64,000 nt of DNA from the human T2T-CHM13v2.0 reference genome, Homo sapiens: NCBI RefSeq assembly GCF_009914755.1, contig NC_060939.1; one strand, 5' to 3'. Shown in pieces: positions 17,374 to 37,109 of the stretch. Below the pieces are notes generated by a model. It did not search any database. It was not told the origin of the DNA and worked only from the letters and a program-made list of their open reading frames with translations. A program made the position numbers and the translations under genes. Position 1 is the first letter of the stretch. Each line of letters opens with the position of its first letter.

Positions 17374-17960
17374 GCCTCATTTTGCAGGTGAGGACACTGA
17401 AGATTATAAGAGAAAGAAGGGCTTCATGCAAAACCACGTTCCTGATTGTTGGCGGAACCAAGCCGACAACCTGGAACTCAAGTTTCTCTACTTATAGTAG
17501 ACGCTCAAAGAATTATAATACTTTATAACAACGTCATAATAATTTGACGTTTCTAAGCTGGTCATGTTTTCTTTCATGTGTACTTCTCCCCTCTCAACAA
17601 TTACCGTGCCCTTGGCAATTTAATAAAGCAGGATAATATTCAACTCAGTGACCTACAGCTTGACAAGCATCTCCTGCTCCCAGAAAACAGAAGGTGTTGC
17701 TGTCAAACTAATACTAAATAATAATTTTCTGTAGTCCTAGAGCCTCTGGACTTCCCAATTACACGGCCAATAAACCCCCTCATTGTCTGAGCCAGTCTGA
17801 GCTGGGCAGCCTGACTGAAGTCTGGAACATCCTAACTGGCACAAAGGCCCTTAAGATGACCCCAAGCCACCTGTCTGGCTTTCTCTCTTGTCACTTCCTT
17901 CTACATCCTCTCTGCAACAACCAAATTAGATTACTCACCATTCCCCACACTGCTTTGTGA

Positions 17961-18371
<411 letters not shown>

Positions 18372-19070
18372 TGAAGCTTCTCCCGGAATGACCCATCTCT
18401 CCCTCCTCATTCTGATCATTTCCTCTTTGAATTCCCGTAGTGTTAGGTATGCCCTCCTCTTCCAGCACTGAATCCAGCCTTGCCTCGCATTAGAGTCATT
18501 TGTACACCTGACCTTAATCCCCCTGAGGGCAGGGATAGTTTGTGTTTATCCCAAAGTCCTGAAACAACTAGTACAGAACCTGAGACACAGGAAGGCCCCA
18601 GAATTGCCTGCCGAATAGAACAGTGATAGTGCTGAATTTGGTTCCTCCTTTAACCTGTGTGACCCCAGACGTTTGTTTTCTATGAAGCCTCAAAACATGG
18701 TTATGTTTCCTAATTTACAACGAACACATGGAAACCCATGTTTTGAAAACGGGGGTGGGGAGGATGAACTGAAGGCAGCCTCTTCAGCCAAGTTCCAAAG
18801 GCCAGGTGGCCCACTGTGAACCTTGTTTAACCACACAGAACATATGAATAGCTACAACAAGGGATCTAACAGTTACCAGAATGTTTTCAGAAAGGTGACT
18901 TCAGAAGTGCCAAGCTTCAGGAAGACCTGGACTGAGAAGGGATCAGACAACTTTAGGAAAGCAGGTACCAAACAGCCCTTTTACAGTTTACACACAGGCC
19001 TTGGTGTCAGAAAAATACTGGTTTGAGTACTGGTTATGCATCAGAGATGCCACTCTGGACAAGCTCCTTA

Positions 19071-19421
<351 letters not shown>

Positions 19422-19721
19422 CTACAGATAGTAAGCACTTGGTAAAAATGTAACTGCCATTAACAATAAATATGATGCTCACAGGGTCAGTGGAAAAAGT
19501 AGTGGAAAGTAGGAGTGGTGGGAACAGAACAGGAGGGAACAAAGCACCTCTGAGTAGACCTTTCTGTATAGCTCCGACTCTCCGTCTCTTATTATGTTTC
19601 ACCCTAATAATTCATTAAAACTAGGATAGGAAGGCTGAGGGTGTTTTTGGAATACAAACACTAATGAACCAAACTGCATTATAAATAGTGGCCACACTGA
19701 AAGGGATGAAGAAGAAAGTAA

Positions 19722-20335
<614 letters not shown>

Positions 20336-21547
20336 TCCCCCTGCTTTACTTGTATTAACCAAATATTTATGAGTCTATCTATCAAGCGTTCAAATTATTT
20401 TACATGTAATCGCCAATCTCCAGAAAATAAATGGGACCACAACAAATTTACCCTAATTTCTGCAGCGAGCATAAATAATTGCTTTCAAGGGATGCTTGAA
20501 TGAAATTACTATCCTGACTGTAGGGGCAGGGGCTTGGTGAAGATTTGTCCTTTGTGAGTAATGAGAAGAGTATACTTGGATATAAAAATAGTGAAGAAAT
20601 AAGTAGTTTTTAAAAAAACGCTAAATTCCATGTTTAGCAAAGTTAATGAGCCCTAAATTCCTAAAGCTGAGTATTAGTGTGTAAATGAGTACTCCAAACC
20701 AACAGAGAATAACCTTGTAATTCATGGATATTTAGCTAAAACTTCATATGTTCTCATCATTCTGTGTCTCCTAGTTTTAGTTCAAACAGATGTTTTCACT
20801 CCTAAAAGACTCAAAATTTCTGACAATGCCCTTTATTAATGTTACTTTTTGAGAAATCACTTATTAAGTAAAAATTAAATTTACATTTTTCAAAATTGCA
20901 TGTTGGGTTAATTTACCAAATCTTTTATCTGTTTTGTGTTTCCAGTTAGCCATTTTTGTTTCTGATTTGTAAATATTCAAAAATGTTTGTTGAAATTACA
21001 AATTTTATTAATTGATTTTTGAGGGGAGTAGGGTGCGTTAGTTACTTTTCATTTAAATTCTGTGGTGTTTTTGCATATTCAAATTATTGTATTGTGAATA
21101 ACCTGAAAGACAGTAGCTGTATGATCGTTTGAGGTAATGGTAACAATACTCAAGGGTTGAAAAGATATGATTTTAAGTATGAGCTAAGGAGACTGCCCTT
21201 TATGTAACTACGGGATGATGTGAAAATCTGTTTTAACAGCATGATTAAATTTGGAATTCTTTTTTTTGAAGTTTTGTAAAAGGGAGGCAGAAGTTTAAGG
21301 GAAAAAGTTGGCCAGGTAAACTTGGATAGTTTTAGATCTATTAGTGACAGAATACTCAAGCTCTTAAAAATAGGAAAAGTTGTTCTTGCCATGTCAAAGG
21401 ACAAGGGCTGCCATATGCTAATCACTGTATCTTTACTCAGATCCTATAAAATGATTTGTACAGAGAAGGGATTTAGTAAATCTTTACTAAATTAATGTTA
21501 GATGATGGAATGGATCATTGCGGCTGAAGGAGAGAGTAGTGAAAATG

Positions 21548-21617
21548 AGGATATTAGGAAAGGAAGTGGATGATTTGCTCAGATGTTGTTAAATTAGGTT
21601 TTGATAGAAAAAACCTG
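21548..21617 (+). repeat. 70-bp dispersed direct repeat, copy 1 (copy 2 at 23059-23128)
   Basis: 67/70 identical by manual alignment. Confidence 0.9.
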
Positions 21618-23058
21618 GAAAAAAAAAAAAAAAACGACAACAGCCTGCATGACTTCTTAAAGCCCCCACCTCTTAATACTGTTTCAATGGCAATTACATT
21701 TCACATGAGTTTGAAGGGGAACTTAAAACCATAGCAAAGAGCACATTATATTCGTTGTTTCTGTGTAGTGCTGCTCTTTACCAGGCTAATAAATCCTGGT
21801 AGACATGCAAGAGCTTGCTCTTAATCCAAAATAAACAAAATGTGTTTTACTGAGAAAATTGCAGACATATCAAAGGGTAGTTTGACAGCACGGGTACAGA
21901 ATACTATCAAGACATTTTCTTCTGTTTTACATACATGGGTAATTCTTGCTTGAATGCAAGAGGGCTGAATACCAGCTTTATTTAATATATTTTGTGTCAA
22001 CTTCTGTATACAGATTTATTTTTCTTGAGGTGAGAGAAGAGGAAAGAGGAGAACGTTAATTCCAGATAGCTTTAAGCAAATGTTAGAAAGGCGAACATTT
22101 ATAGGTTTCCAAATATCTTTTGGCTAGCTGACATTTACAAACACGGAGCTAGGTAAGCTTTTCCCCCTAGCAATATGAAGGCTCTGGCAGCAAGTAAAGG
22201 ATATGTGAAGTGAAATATGCCTTTCAAACATAGTAAAGAAGAAGACTGTTTGTAACCACCGTTGGTGAAAATCACGAGAACCAAGTCTTTCTTGTTATTT
22301 TAAACATCCTATAAAAGCATTGCAAAAGTTTATATTGCTGGTTAAAATATTTGGGACTATTTTGTCCATTTCCACACCTTACTTTAAGGTCCAGGCATTT
22401 GTTGAGAGGGAAATTGCCTATTTAACTGAAGGAACAATATGTTTTAAATTACTGAGAGTACTCTGTTGAAACTTAATGAGAACAGAAAGCAGCATTAATA
22501 AGAAAAATAGTATTTACAAAGATTGCTTAAGGATGCAAGCTGGGTACCAACTAATTGTAATTCTTTAATTTCGGTATGCGTGCAACATCCCATGTGTATG
22601 AAAACAAAATGTGTATTTCCAAGCAGTATGTTTTAGGATCAGAGAATTTCAACCAAATATTAAATTCTCAAATCGTATGCAAACAAGTGTCAATCATGGC
22701 TTTAACATGACAGCTGGAGGAAAAAATTCAAGCAACATGTGTAGATAATTGTGGTTAATGTTTATCTGTACATAGGAAGATACTTCAGATGTGTAAGTAT
22801 GCAAATAACTCTCGGATTTCTAATTACTGTATTTATCAAGTTCTATATGCTGTCTAAATTCAGAAATGAAAGCAATTTTAAAATAGCATGCATATTATAA
22901 TTACAATATTAAATTGAGCTCAACTTTCCTAGCTATTCTCTGCCTTTCTGTCTGCCTCTGCCTATGTCTCTATCTCACACATGTATGTGTGTATGTGTAT
23001 ATATACCCTCACTTGTGAACATATATTCATAACCACATGTATAAACACACAGTATAAA

Positions 23059-23128
23059 AGGATATTAGAAAAGGAAGTGGATGATTTGCTCAGATTTTGT
23101 TAAATTAGGTTTTGATAGAACAAACCTG
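23059..23128 (+). repeat. 70-bp dispersed direct repeat, copy 2
   Basis: aggatattagaaaaggaagtggatgatttgctcagattttgttaaattaggttttgatagaacaaacctg. Confidence 0.9.
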
Positions 23129-24049
23129 AAAAAATACGTTAAAACATATGAGGACATATACCAAAATATTATCAGTAGTTAATTTTAAGACAAGCCTGAT
23201 GGGTCATTTTAATTTTCTACTTTTTACCTGTCTGTTTTGATTGCAACTTTAAAAATAAGCCTGTGTTACTTTTTAAAGAGAAAGAGAGAGAGAGCAAGAT
23301 TTGCCTGTTTTGGAAAATTGTTTTAAAGGAACACCACAGGAAATGAAGTAATTCTTAAGTGCCTGCCATTTATATCTAAAAATGGTTTTCAGTAATGGGA
23401 TAGTTCTAGTATCAGTAGGGAGATCCATTATCACATGCAGATTTAACCTTGTTGTTGTAGGCCAGAAATATTTAAAACCATTTAACTGACTTGAAGAATT
23501 CTTCAATTTTTGAAAATATATTTCAAAAGAAAAACTTTCCAGTTAATTTATGAAGTTAACAAAATATTGATTCTAAATGGTATATTTATAAAATTTTATT
23601 CTGTAATTGGTTATTGGTAGTGTAAGGAAATAAAATAGACTTTTATGTGCTCATATTGTAACCAGTGATCCTGATAGCTATATTTAGTTATTCGTTCTAA
23701 TATTTTATTTTAGATATTCTACATATACAATAATGTCCTTAGCAAATAATGACCTGTGTATTTCTTTCTTGCTAATTCTTACTTTTTTTTTCTTATTGAA
23801 CTGACTAGGGAATTTTGTTTCTGATCCCATAAGGAAAGCTTTCCATATTTCCTTATTAATTATAATATTTTTGTAAGATTTTATGATTATCTTTCACCAG
23901 ATTAAATACATTTCATTGTTGTTTGCATATTAAAAAATATATTCTGCATCTGTTGAGATGAGATTTTCTTCCATATTGTTAATATAGTGAATTACAATAA
24001 TTGATTTTGTGATATTAAAATAATATTTTATTATTGAAACACAATTTGT

Positions 24050-25760
<1,711 letters not shown>

Positions 25761-26282
25761 GTTTCCTGTTCCTGATGTAACATCTTACTACAAAGTTATG
25801 CCTAAAAAATCACAGCTTTATCATCTTAATGTGTGCACGTGTGCGTGCGTGTGTGGATTCCTTAGGATTTCCTGTATGCATAAATATTTCTCCATATATA
25901 TCTATATACAAATTCTTTATACCTCATGGCATCTCCATATAGAGATAGTTATATTTCTTTCTTTTTAATCTTCACCCCAGGCTACTATCCAATTGAATAA
26001 AAGGTGGTGCTACTATTGAACATGCCATAGAATATTAACTTTGTAAACTGACTTGAAGTCTCCCTGGGTGAATGCTAACCCTCTCATATGTAATAATGGC
26101 TTCATTTACAAAATGTATAACATGATGACTACCAAATTATTTCTTCAGCCTTCACTTTTATCCAGAACTGCCAAATCTGAATCTAATTCCCATTTAGGAT
26201 TGCCACAGGTATGTTCAAAATAGTACTTTCTTTTTCTCATAAGATTCTGCCTTATGTCTTGAATTTATACTCTAGGTAAATG

Positions 26283-26700
26283 TTGTAAGCAGAATAAAAA
26301 CCCCCAAAGATGCTCACACTTTAATCCTTGAGACCTGAATATGCTGTATTACCTGACAAAAGAGACTTTGCAGTTAGAATTATGAATATTAAAATGAGGA
26401 CCGTATATGAGTCCAATCTAATCACTATGAGCCCTTAAAAGCTGAGACCATGTGTAGTTGATTTCTGAGAGACGGGGCAGGAGGGAAAGGCAGAGATATT
26501 TGAAATGTTCGTGCTGCTGGAAAGGCCCATGAAAAAAGCATAAGGAACAGGGACAGTCTAGGAGGAAAGGCTGGTCCCAGCTGACGGCCAGCAAGGAAAT
26601 GGGGACTGCAATAATACCTACTCAAGGAACTAAGTGTGGCTAACAATCTGAACAAACGTGGAAGCAGACCTTTCCTCAGAGCCTCCAATAAAAAATGCAA
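26283..26700 (+). mobile_element. MLT1D-like LTR fragment
   Basis: gcagaataaaaacccccaaagatg...agagactttgcag. Confidence 0.7.
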
Positions 26701-26706
26701 GAGTGT

Positions 26707-27032
<326 letters not shown>

Positions 27033-27658
27033 TTACTACCTGAATACAACACACTTTTCAAGCTACATAAACTTCATGCTTTCCTCGTTTTATAAAAGTC
27101 ATCTCCTCTGCCTTGAAAACTCTCCCCATTGTTATTAATCTGCCTGAAAATTTATCTTCATCCTCAAGTGTCTACTCAAATGGTCTATTAAATGAGTTCT
27201 TCCCAGATGATCCCAGATAATGAGTACCACTTTTTAAAATTAGATTTCTAGATACTTTCATTATTGTAATCCACTTTTATAGGAAATTTTTGTTGTTGTG
27301 TATCTCCTTACTAAACGAACATTTTTTTGTTTTTGAATCTGCATCAATTGTTGAACACATATAGAATATATTAAATACATACAAGCTAATGAAGTAACAC
27401 ATGAATGCATCTCAGACCACTTATCCTAAAACAACCATTTTTTTCTTTCATTCTGTCAAATACTTTTTCTCTAATATCCTATACTTTTGTTACTATTCAT
27501 GGATTTTATCTATTTATAGTTATTTTCTTACTGATATGCAATTATTTTCTATGTATAGTGTATCACATATCTGGCAAAATTTTGTTTGGTTTGCATAATA
27601 TCTTTTTATTTTATTGTGAATGACATTATAGAACTTTACAGATGAAATAAAATCTGTC

Positions 27659-28240
<582 letters not shown>

Positions 28241-28596
28241 GGCATTTATATGTCCATTCTTCCACTTATGCAGCCCTACTTAATTATTGTCATTACAAAA
28301 TGATGCTTATCCTTCTGCTAAATTTCTCTGAGTATTTCTAATATTTATGCTTACAGATAAAATTGAATTATTTTTAATCAAAGTCCAAAAATACATCATT
28401 AAATTTATTTTTTCAAAAGAAAAGACAAAAAATTTTTTAATTTATCCAATGCTCCTTTTAAATCCCTAATGGAAAAATACATTTTATTCATTCATTATAT
28501 ATAATGAATTCATTTTATTGAATAAAATGATTTTATTAATGAATAAAATGTATATATAAATATATTTATATTTATTTTTAATGAATTTTTGGCTAA

Positions 28597-29303
<707 letters not shown>

Positions 29304-30075
29304 TAAGGCAAAATTATTTTATTTGGGATTTTGGATTTCCTTGTGTTTTCTCATCTTACTTAAACCTGCTTCCTTTCTATGCCTGCACTTCTCACCATCA
29401 CTTTTCCCACTACAAGCTTACTGCTCCAGTTTTTTAAAAAGTCATGGCTCTTCTGTCTTTTTTAGTGTAAAAAGGGGAAATTTTCTAATTTTCAGTTTCT
29501 TGTGTTACATTCTTTTCATAAGTACATTCTTTTTGAATCCTAAATATTTCGTTGTTAGATGATTGTTCAAAATCAGTTTGCTCATTCATGACTATAGAAA
29601 GATGTAGATTTAAGCCCTGGTTTTTGCAACAGAAAAGCCAGATGGCCCACAGCTTATCCCAGTTTCTACTTGAACACAATAAGCTTTCTTTTTCTCTCAA
29701 CTTTATCCAGGAAGAACCATTTTATATACAGATTTCTGATCCAGTCTCCAGGGTTTCCAAGGCATTAATCAAGCATGGCTTTACTGGACAAATGTAGGGC
29801 CTTCTGTGTCTTTAATACTGGACTTTCTATGCCAGACAGTATCTTTGTTCTAGTTCTTCTTTGCACTGTTCATATCTCACTGGTTTAGATATAATTGCCT
29901 GCTGCAGCGTGATGACTTCCCTCCGTGAATCTTCCTCAGTTTCATTATTGATGGTATACCATGTACATGAGACAAAGATTTCTTTACTCTTCTTGAGGTC
30001 TCTCTATGCTGTTTGGTTCAGATAATATGGAGTTACCCATTGTAAACTCATTTACAGTGAAGTCAGTTGTAGCAC

Positions 30076-30322
30076 TGATCTAGTTTGGCTGTGTCCCCAC
30101 CCTAATCGCATCTTGAATTGTAGTTACCATAATCCCCATGTGTCGTGGGAGGGACCCAGTGGGAGGTAACTGAATCATGGGGGCTGTTACCCCCATGCTG
30201 CTGCTCTCGTGATAGTGAGTTCTCGTGAGATCTGATGGTTTTATATGGGTCTTTTCTCTCTTTGCTCTGTATTTCTCCTTCTGCCATCATGTGAAGAAGG
30301 ATGTTGTTTGCTTCCCCTTCTG
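30076..30322 (+). mobile_element. THE1 (THE1D-like) LTR, 3'-truncated
   Basis: tagtttggctgtgtccccaccc...gggaggtaactgaatcatgggggc. Confidence 0.85.
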
Positions 30323-32208
30323 TTCCCCTTTTTTCCTTTATTTATTGATTCGAGTGTCATTCAGTTCAACATAAATTTTGTGAACAGCTGGTGTATGGTC
30401 AGCCCAAGGCTAAAACATTGTAAATGAATACATGGAGGACAGAAGTTTTGTGAACAGTGGGAGCAGAAGGCAAATCGCTGTAGACAGAGGAGAGAGCAAG
30501 AATGGACAACTTGCAAGAAGTTGAGCTATGTAGACAATGGGGTAAGAAAGCCAGGGGTGTTAGAGGAAGAGAAGTGCAAGTTGGATACCATAGCTTATAA
30601 TGAGAATAGGAATTGGTAAAAATGTCAAGACAGGAGAAATCATATATGTTTAGAGGTTTAGTAGAGGAGCCATTTGACTTCTCTGTTCTTTTTGAGAAAG
30701 ACGTGAATTGACAGAGATATAGGGAAAGTGTATTTGAAGTACAAGCAACAGCATGTATCTGGAAAACCAAAACACGGAGGGCATAAGTATGGGGGAACTG
30801 TGAATATTCCAACTTTGGCCACAACATTGGGTAGATACCATAGTTGCCCAGTAATGAAAACTTGTCTGAAAATGTATGTTTATGTCACACTGAGATAAAG
30901 AAGTATGTAATTAATTGGTTTATTTTAATCCCAATTATTGATTTTCCTGAATTATTGAGTATCATGAGACAATGGCCCATCTTAAGAAGTTCTAAGGAAG
31001 GTAGACTAATATGCAGGAAGGTATTTGTAACCCTCGAAACCCATTGGAGACACCTCACTAATGTATGGTAACCAGAATAATAGGAGGGTAGGAACTACGC
31101 CAATAATCAAAGTGATCCCTCCGCACGCCACTACCTAACTTCTTCAGCTTTGCTTAAACTTTGTCATCTGCTTGTGTGGCAGCAACTTCCTCCTAATAGT
31201 GTATGTTTACACTGAGTATTGGCACATAGTTTCTGCATCGTATAGAATTAAATTTCCTGTTTATTTTTAATTTTTGCTTTGTATTGTATTGTACTTTGGT
31301 TCACTTGTTTGTGTTTAGTCCAGATCATGATTCTAACCGGTTATAAAAATTTTGTGCATATGCTTCTTTTGAAATTTGTTTCTTGTTTGTATATCCACAG
31401 AATCCTTGAAAGATTCCTTTACCCAATGCCAAAAGAAATCCACTTAATACATTCCGCTGAGGCCTTTATATTAGTACACGTTAACTTTAAGTTGGAATAT
31501 GCCACCGTGTGACATACTTTATGTGACAAGAAAAATGTTCTTAGAAAAGATTCTCATCTCAAGCAAGCTTTATACTGGAGACATTGTTTGCAATATCAGA
31601 CTTCACTATTTTCAGCTCACAGTTTACTAAAGAGGATAATTGGAGAGGCATTCTAACATTAGTGGAGAAAAAGGCACTTGATGTTCATGACACTTGATAA
31701 CAGAACCTCTGTATTTCTTAGTCTCTAGCACCATTTCATAGAATGAACTAAGTTATCAGAGGAGAGGAGATACACATTCGACCCAATTCTAAAAATTTAA
31801 TATAATCAATATTTACTTATAAGGTACATTAATTATATTAATACATGGCAAGTCTCAAGATAAATTCTGAATAAAAATTTTTCAGTTAAATGTTGCAAAT
31901 AATTTTTATCATTAAATTTTAAATACACAGATTATCTGTGTAACATATTAAAATGTATGTCATATAATGACAAAGGATTTCTCTATTGGAACATCTTTTA
32001 TTTCACTGGCTTATTATTATTTCTGGTTGGTAAGTTTAAAAGACTACAATCTTTAATTTTATTTAGTTAAATGATTTGTTGTATTTTAAAATCAGTAGAT
32101 AGTATATGTATCATCTTAGTCTTAATTTATAAATATATGACATTTCAATAAAATTCTTGAAGCCAATCAATAAAATTGATTAAGCTTTAAATTCTAGGCT
32201 GAGTCTAA

Positions 32209-32586
<378 letters not shown>

Positions 32587-32876
32587 CAAGATGCCAGTTT
32601 TCTAAAGTGAGAAAAATTAATTTTAAAAATTAAATTGTATGTTCAATATCTGTGTGAGATCAGGTAAACCATGTGTCTTAGAGAGGGAAAGGTTTGAAAG
32701 TATAATTTTTATAGTTTCTTATTTATCTATATTTTCCTATATGATTGTTGTTGAAATATCTTAAATTTATTTCACATTAAAATTGTCAAATATCTGAATT
32801 CATGAGCCACCTGTTGAAGACCACTGAAAGAATATAAATAAATAAAATTGGTAGCTCATTGTTTTTCAATAACTTG

Positions 32877-33651
32877 TGAAGACTAAGCTCTGATTTTTTT
32901 ATTTTGCCCAAATTCTTATCTAAGGGGTCTGGGGAGTCATCCCCTACTAACCATAAATTCTCATCAGATGGATTTTATTTAACCCTATATATCATGGCTT
33001 ACTTTGCAATCTGACTCTGGCATAACATTATGTGACAAAGAAGAAAGTAAAAAAAATTTTACCCCAAAAGCAAGTTTCTTTGTCATATTTTGAAATGGTC
33101 CTGCAAAGCTGCCCTTTGTTGGGGGACATATGCATCTGTAAAGAATCTCTATTGACATAACTAGATCTTTTTCTTCCAAGCCCTCCCAATCCTGAAGAAA
33201 TTAGTAGAAGTCTAGCACCTTTTAAGGTCTGAATAGGAAATATTTGTCATCTATTATCTCTAAGGGCAGCCACTATAAGACTTCAGAAGAACCTTGGTAT
33301 CCACAATCTTTTAGCTTAACCTGGACATATCCTTTCCTTTGATCCCAGGTTTTTAGACAAACTCAACCAATTATCAATTGGAAAATGTTTAAATTTACCT
33401 ATAGCCTGAAAGCACCCCCCACCCCTGCTTTGAATTGTCCCGCCTTTCTGAACCAAACCAATGTGTTTCTTAAATGTATTTGATTGATGTCTCATGTCTC
33501 CCTAAAATGTATAAAACTGACCTGCACCCTGACCACCTTGGGCACGTGTTCTCAGGATCTCCTTAGGGCTGTGTCATGTGCCATGGTCACTCATATTTGG
33601 CTCAGAATAAGTCTCTTAAAATATTTTACCGAGTTTGACTCTTCATCGACA
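32877..33651 (+). mobile_element. ERV1 MER4-family solo LTR (MER4E-like), full length
   Basis: TG...CA termini, 4-bp TSD cttg (32873-32876 and 33652-33655), MER4 motifs ctaaggggtctggggagtcat and catatttggctcagaataa. Confidence 0.88.
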
Positions 33652-34249
33652 CTTGTTTTATTGAATGAACTGGATTTCCATTGTTAATATTACCCTAATG
33701 TAAAGAGCAGTGAAGTAACAGACTTTTTGTCAGCCTTTTACTTACAGAATAGATGACCCCATGATCTGAGCCCTAATTCCTAACAGGGGATGCTTTGGAA
33801 TGAACAAATCAAGAGGTACCTTGAACTGGAGATTGGTCCTGCTTCATGGTAGCATTTTCCCAGAAAACATGTCTCCATAATAAAAAAGAGTGACTGAATA
33901 GCAGATGAAGATATCCAGTTATAAAGCCAAGAGATAAGCCACCCATTCCAGAATTGCTACTTCCTCCTTTATCTGCAATGATCAAGTGGCAACTGTGACA
34001 GTGTCAACAGGTTGTACAGTGCACAAAAGGGAGGTTCTGGCTGAGAACGGAAAGTCTGCAAATGATAAGAGAGCAAAAGGAAGAAGTCCTAAACTGAGGA
34101 GAAACTGTCCTTTAGGGACAGGAAAAGGAAAATGAGCAAGAAGAATAAAAGATTTTAAAAAGAAATGAAGCTGGAAATCTATCATCATAGCCTAATCCCT
34201 AAATACCCCGCAGATGTTAGAAGAATGCCAAGCATTCCTGAAGTTGATA

Positions 34250-34412
34250 GACACAGATATAGATAGGTAGGTAGATACATAGAGATAGATTAATAGATAG
34301 GCAGATACATACATACATACATGCATACATAGGTAGCTACATAGACACATAGATGTATTGAATTGTACACATACACATGTGTATATAACATATATACCTA
34401 TGTATGAGAGAG
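34250..34412 (+). repeat. Compound (TAGA)n/(TACA)n simple repeat
   Basis: atagataggtaggtagatacatagagatag...catacatacatac. Confidence 0.8.
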
Positions 34413-35360
34413 ACAAGTGAGATATTAAATTATAATTAGCTAAAGACCATTTACAATACCCTATACAAAGAGAAATATCTAAAGTGTTTTTGGATAATTA
34501 ATTCCACATTCTTTAGCAACTCATCCAATTTCCCACTGGCAGAGATTCAGGGCAAAGACATTTCAAGCCATTTTACAATGAGTCTCAAAAAGCAGTAAAA
34601 TACCTTTATTCTGAGCACCATTTTAAACTTTTTAGCAAGTTGATGCTACTGCGACTCTTATTCCTGTCACCAGAGAAGCAATTCAGAAGAATTGTTAATA
34701 TTTCAGAAGTTGCTTAAACTTCCTGTAAAGTGATAGGCCTGACCTCCTGGGGTTAATGTGAGCATCATAACAGTTAATACACGTAAATGCTTGACATACG
34801 ATAAATGCTATGTAAGTGTTAGCCATGATTAGTATTTTCATCACTCAAAAATGCCTCTTTTCTGTCTCACACCATATTTCCCTAAAGTGCTCTGCCATTT
34901 CTTTATCTTTAACCATACTTCCCACTCTTGCTCCAATATTTCTCTCTTTTATATTTTTATTCCTTCATATACTGCTTCCAATACCTTCCTACTCAAACAG
35001 AAAGCTGCCTCTGTCCTTTAAGAATACCTACTAGTAGTACCTGGAAAGATTATTTTTCAGACACTTACCGTAAGGTGGGGTGGGGTTAGCATTCACCTTT
35101 TTTCATGCTGCCATTTGTAAAACTACACTATCTCAGTCTCCTTATGTTCAGGATAACACCATTCATAATCTACCCCTTCTTCACTGGGCCTCATGCCATC
35201 ATGTCCACATTTTTGAAATACACAAACACCTGTCATTTTCCTTGAGACCTCAGAGCCCTGTGCAGGTGTCATCCAGTTACCCAGCCTCACTCTTTCGTAA
35301 CTGGTGCGTCAATGACTACCATCATCATTTATGTATTTCTCACCTTAATTAATGGGGAGG

Positions 35361-35659
35361 GGCCGGGTGCGGTGACTCATGCCTGTAATCCCAGCACTCT
35401 GGGAGGCCAAGGCGGGCGGATCACGAGGTCAGGAGATCGAGACCATCCTGGCTTACACGGTGAAACCCTGTCTCTACTAAAAATACAAAAAATTAGCCGG
35501 GCGTGGTGGCAGGAGCCTGTAGTCCCAGCTACTCAGGAGACTGAGGCAGGACAAAGGCGTGAACCCAGGTGGTGGAGCTTGCAGTGAGCCAGGGTGGTGC
35601 CACTGCACTCCAGCCTGGGCAACAGAGCAAGACTCTGTCTCAAAAAAAAAAAAAAAAAA
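35361..35659 (+). mobile_element. AluY
   Basis: Alu dimer, TSD-like aattaa(t/g)ggggag. Confidence 0.9.
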
Positions 35660-37109
35660 TTAAGGGGGAGCTTGCCTGAAGGAAATCATTTCCTAGTACT
35701 GAATTATGACATAAGTGCCTTTGCTGAGACATTTTATATATATGGGCCATTGAATTATGATACTCTTCAACAATATTTTTGTATTAGGCAACAAAATGGA
35801 TTTCATATGACTATTTGTTGTATTGTTCTTTTATTAAAAGGAGTAGGTCATGGCCCCAAAACTTAATTCAAGGAAAGAAACTCTGTTGGAAACTAAGGCA
35901 ATATAGTTCAACTTTGTAGCCTCCTGGTGATCTGATTTGACCGAGGCTAAAATTTATAATACCCAGAGGAGTGACAGCCTTCAAATGATTTTCTGTAAGT
36001 ATTAAAGTTGAGGTGTTTATTAAATGTCCACTTCTGTTTGGTAACACTTTAAGATTTTCTAGTTATTTTGAAGACTCATAAAATTCTAAAAAAAAAAAAA
36101 TCCTTAGTAAAAAATAGTTTCCTCAAAATAAATACATTGCTCACAATTTTAATGACTCAGCATTAAAGCTAACAAGGAAAGGGGTATTATCTGTCTTAAA
36201 CTATTTGTAACTGATAAATAAGAGGTTAAATTTTTCCCTACAGAGTTTTACTATTGAGCCATTATTCAATTATGAGAAAGAGTAAACTGAAATATTTGCC
36301 AAGTACTTATGATATGACAGATATAGTGCCAGGTTGTTTTACATATTGTATATCACTAAATGTCAGAATTAAACTTCTGAAAATCAAAGCTGGCTAAAAG
36401 TGGGTATTTAACTTCTGTGGACTTGTTGAAACCCAATACAGAGATGTGTCTACTTGGGATCATGAAATCAAATATTCAGAAGAAATATATTTTTCATGCA
36501 TATTCTGAAATCAGTGGCTGAAACCACAAGAAATAAGTGAACAGAGCTTATAAATATTGATTTATTGAGTTTATTCCCTTAGGTTCATATCATGGAGATG
36601 CTTAAAATACTTAAGCTAGAGTTATATTTAAAGTACTGCTATGTACGGATGTAATACAACTTATTTTACAGAGCTTCCCTTTGGGGGGCAAGAATTATTA
36701 ACGTATGTGGTTATCCTGAGCTCCCTCTTTCTGTTTGCTAATGGGGATTCTGGCTTTGTCTGCTCAATTTCTTCCCCATTGCTCTTCTCTGAAAAGGCAC
36801 TGCTGGTGGCTGACAGTGATATTCTCTTTCGTTATCTCCACATCAGTACAATGATAAGAGGAAACTGGAACAAAAAGGCAGGAGGGGTGGTAGGTAAAGA
36901 TTGAGAACATGCATTTGAGTAAGGCCTAGGTGAGCTTTCTTCCAGAAAAGAAAAAATAAATACATAGTCAGGAGGCAATGACAAATTTTAACCAGAAGGA
37001 TTTAAAGAAAGAGAGATATGGATAAAACGATATAAAGATGTGTGCGTTATATTTTATGTCTTATTCAGATATTACCAAAATACAAATACACTCGAGGTAT
37101 TTTTACATT

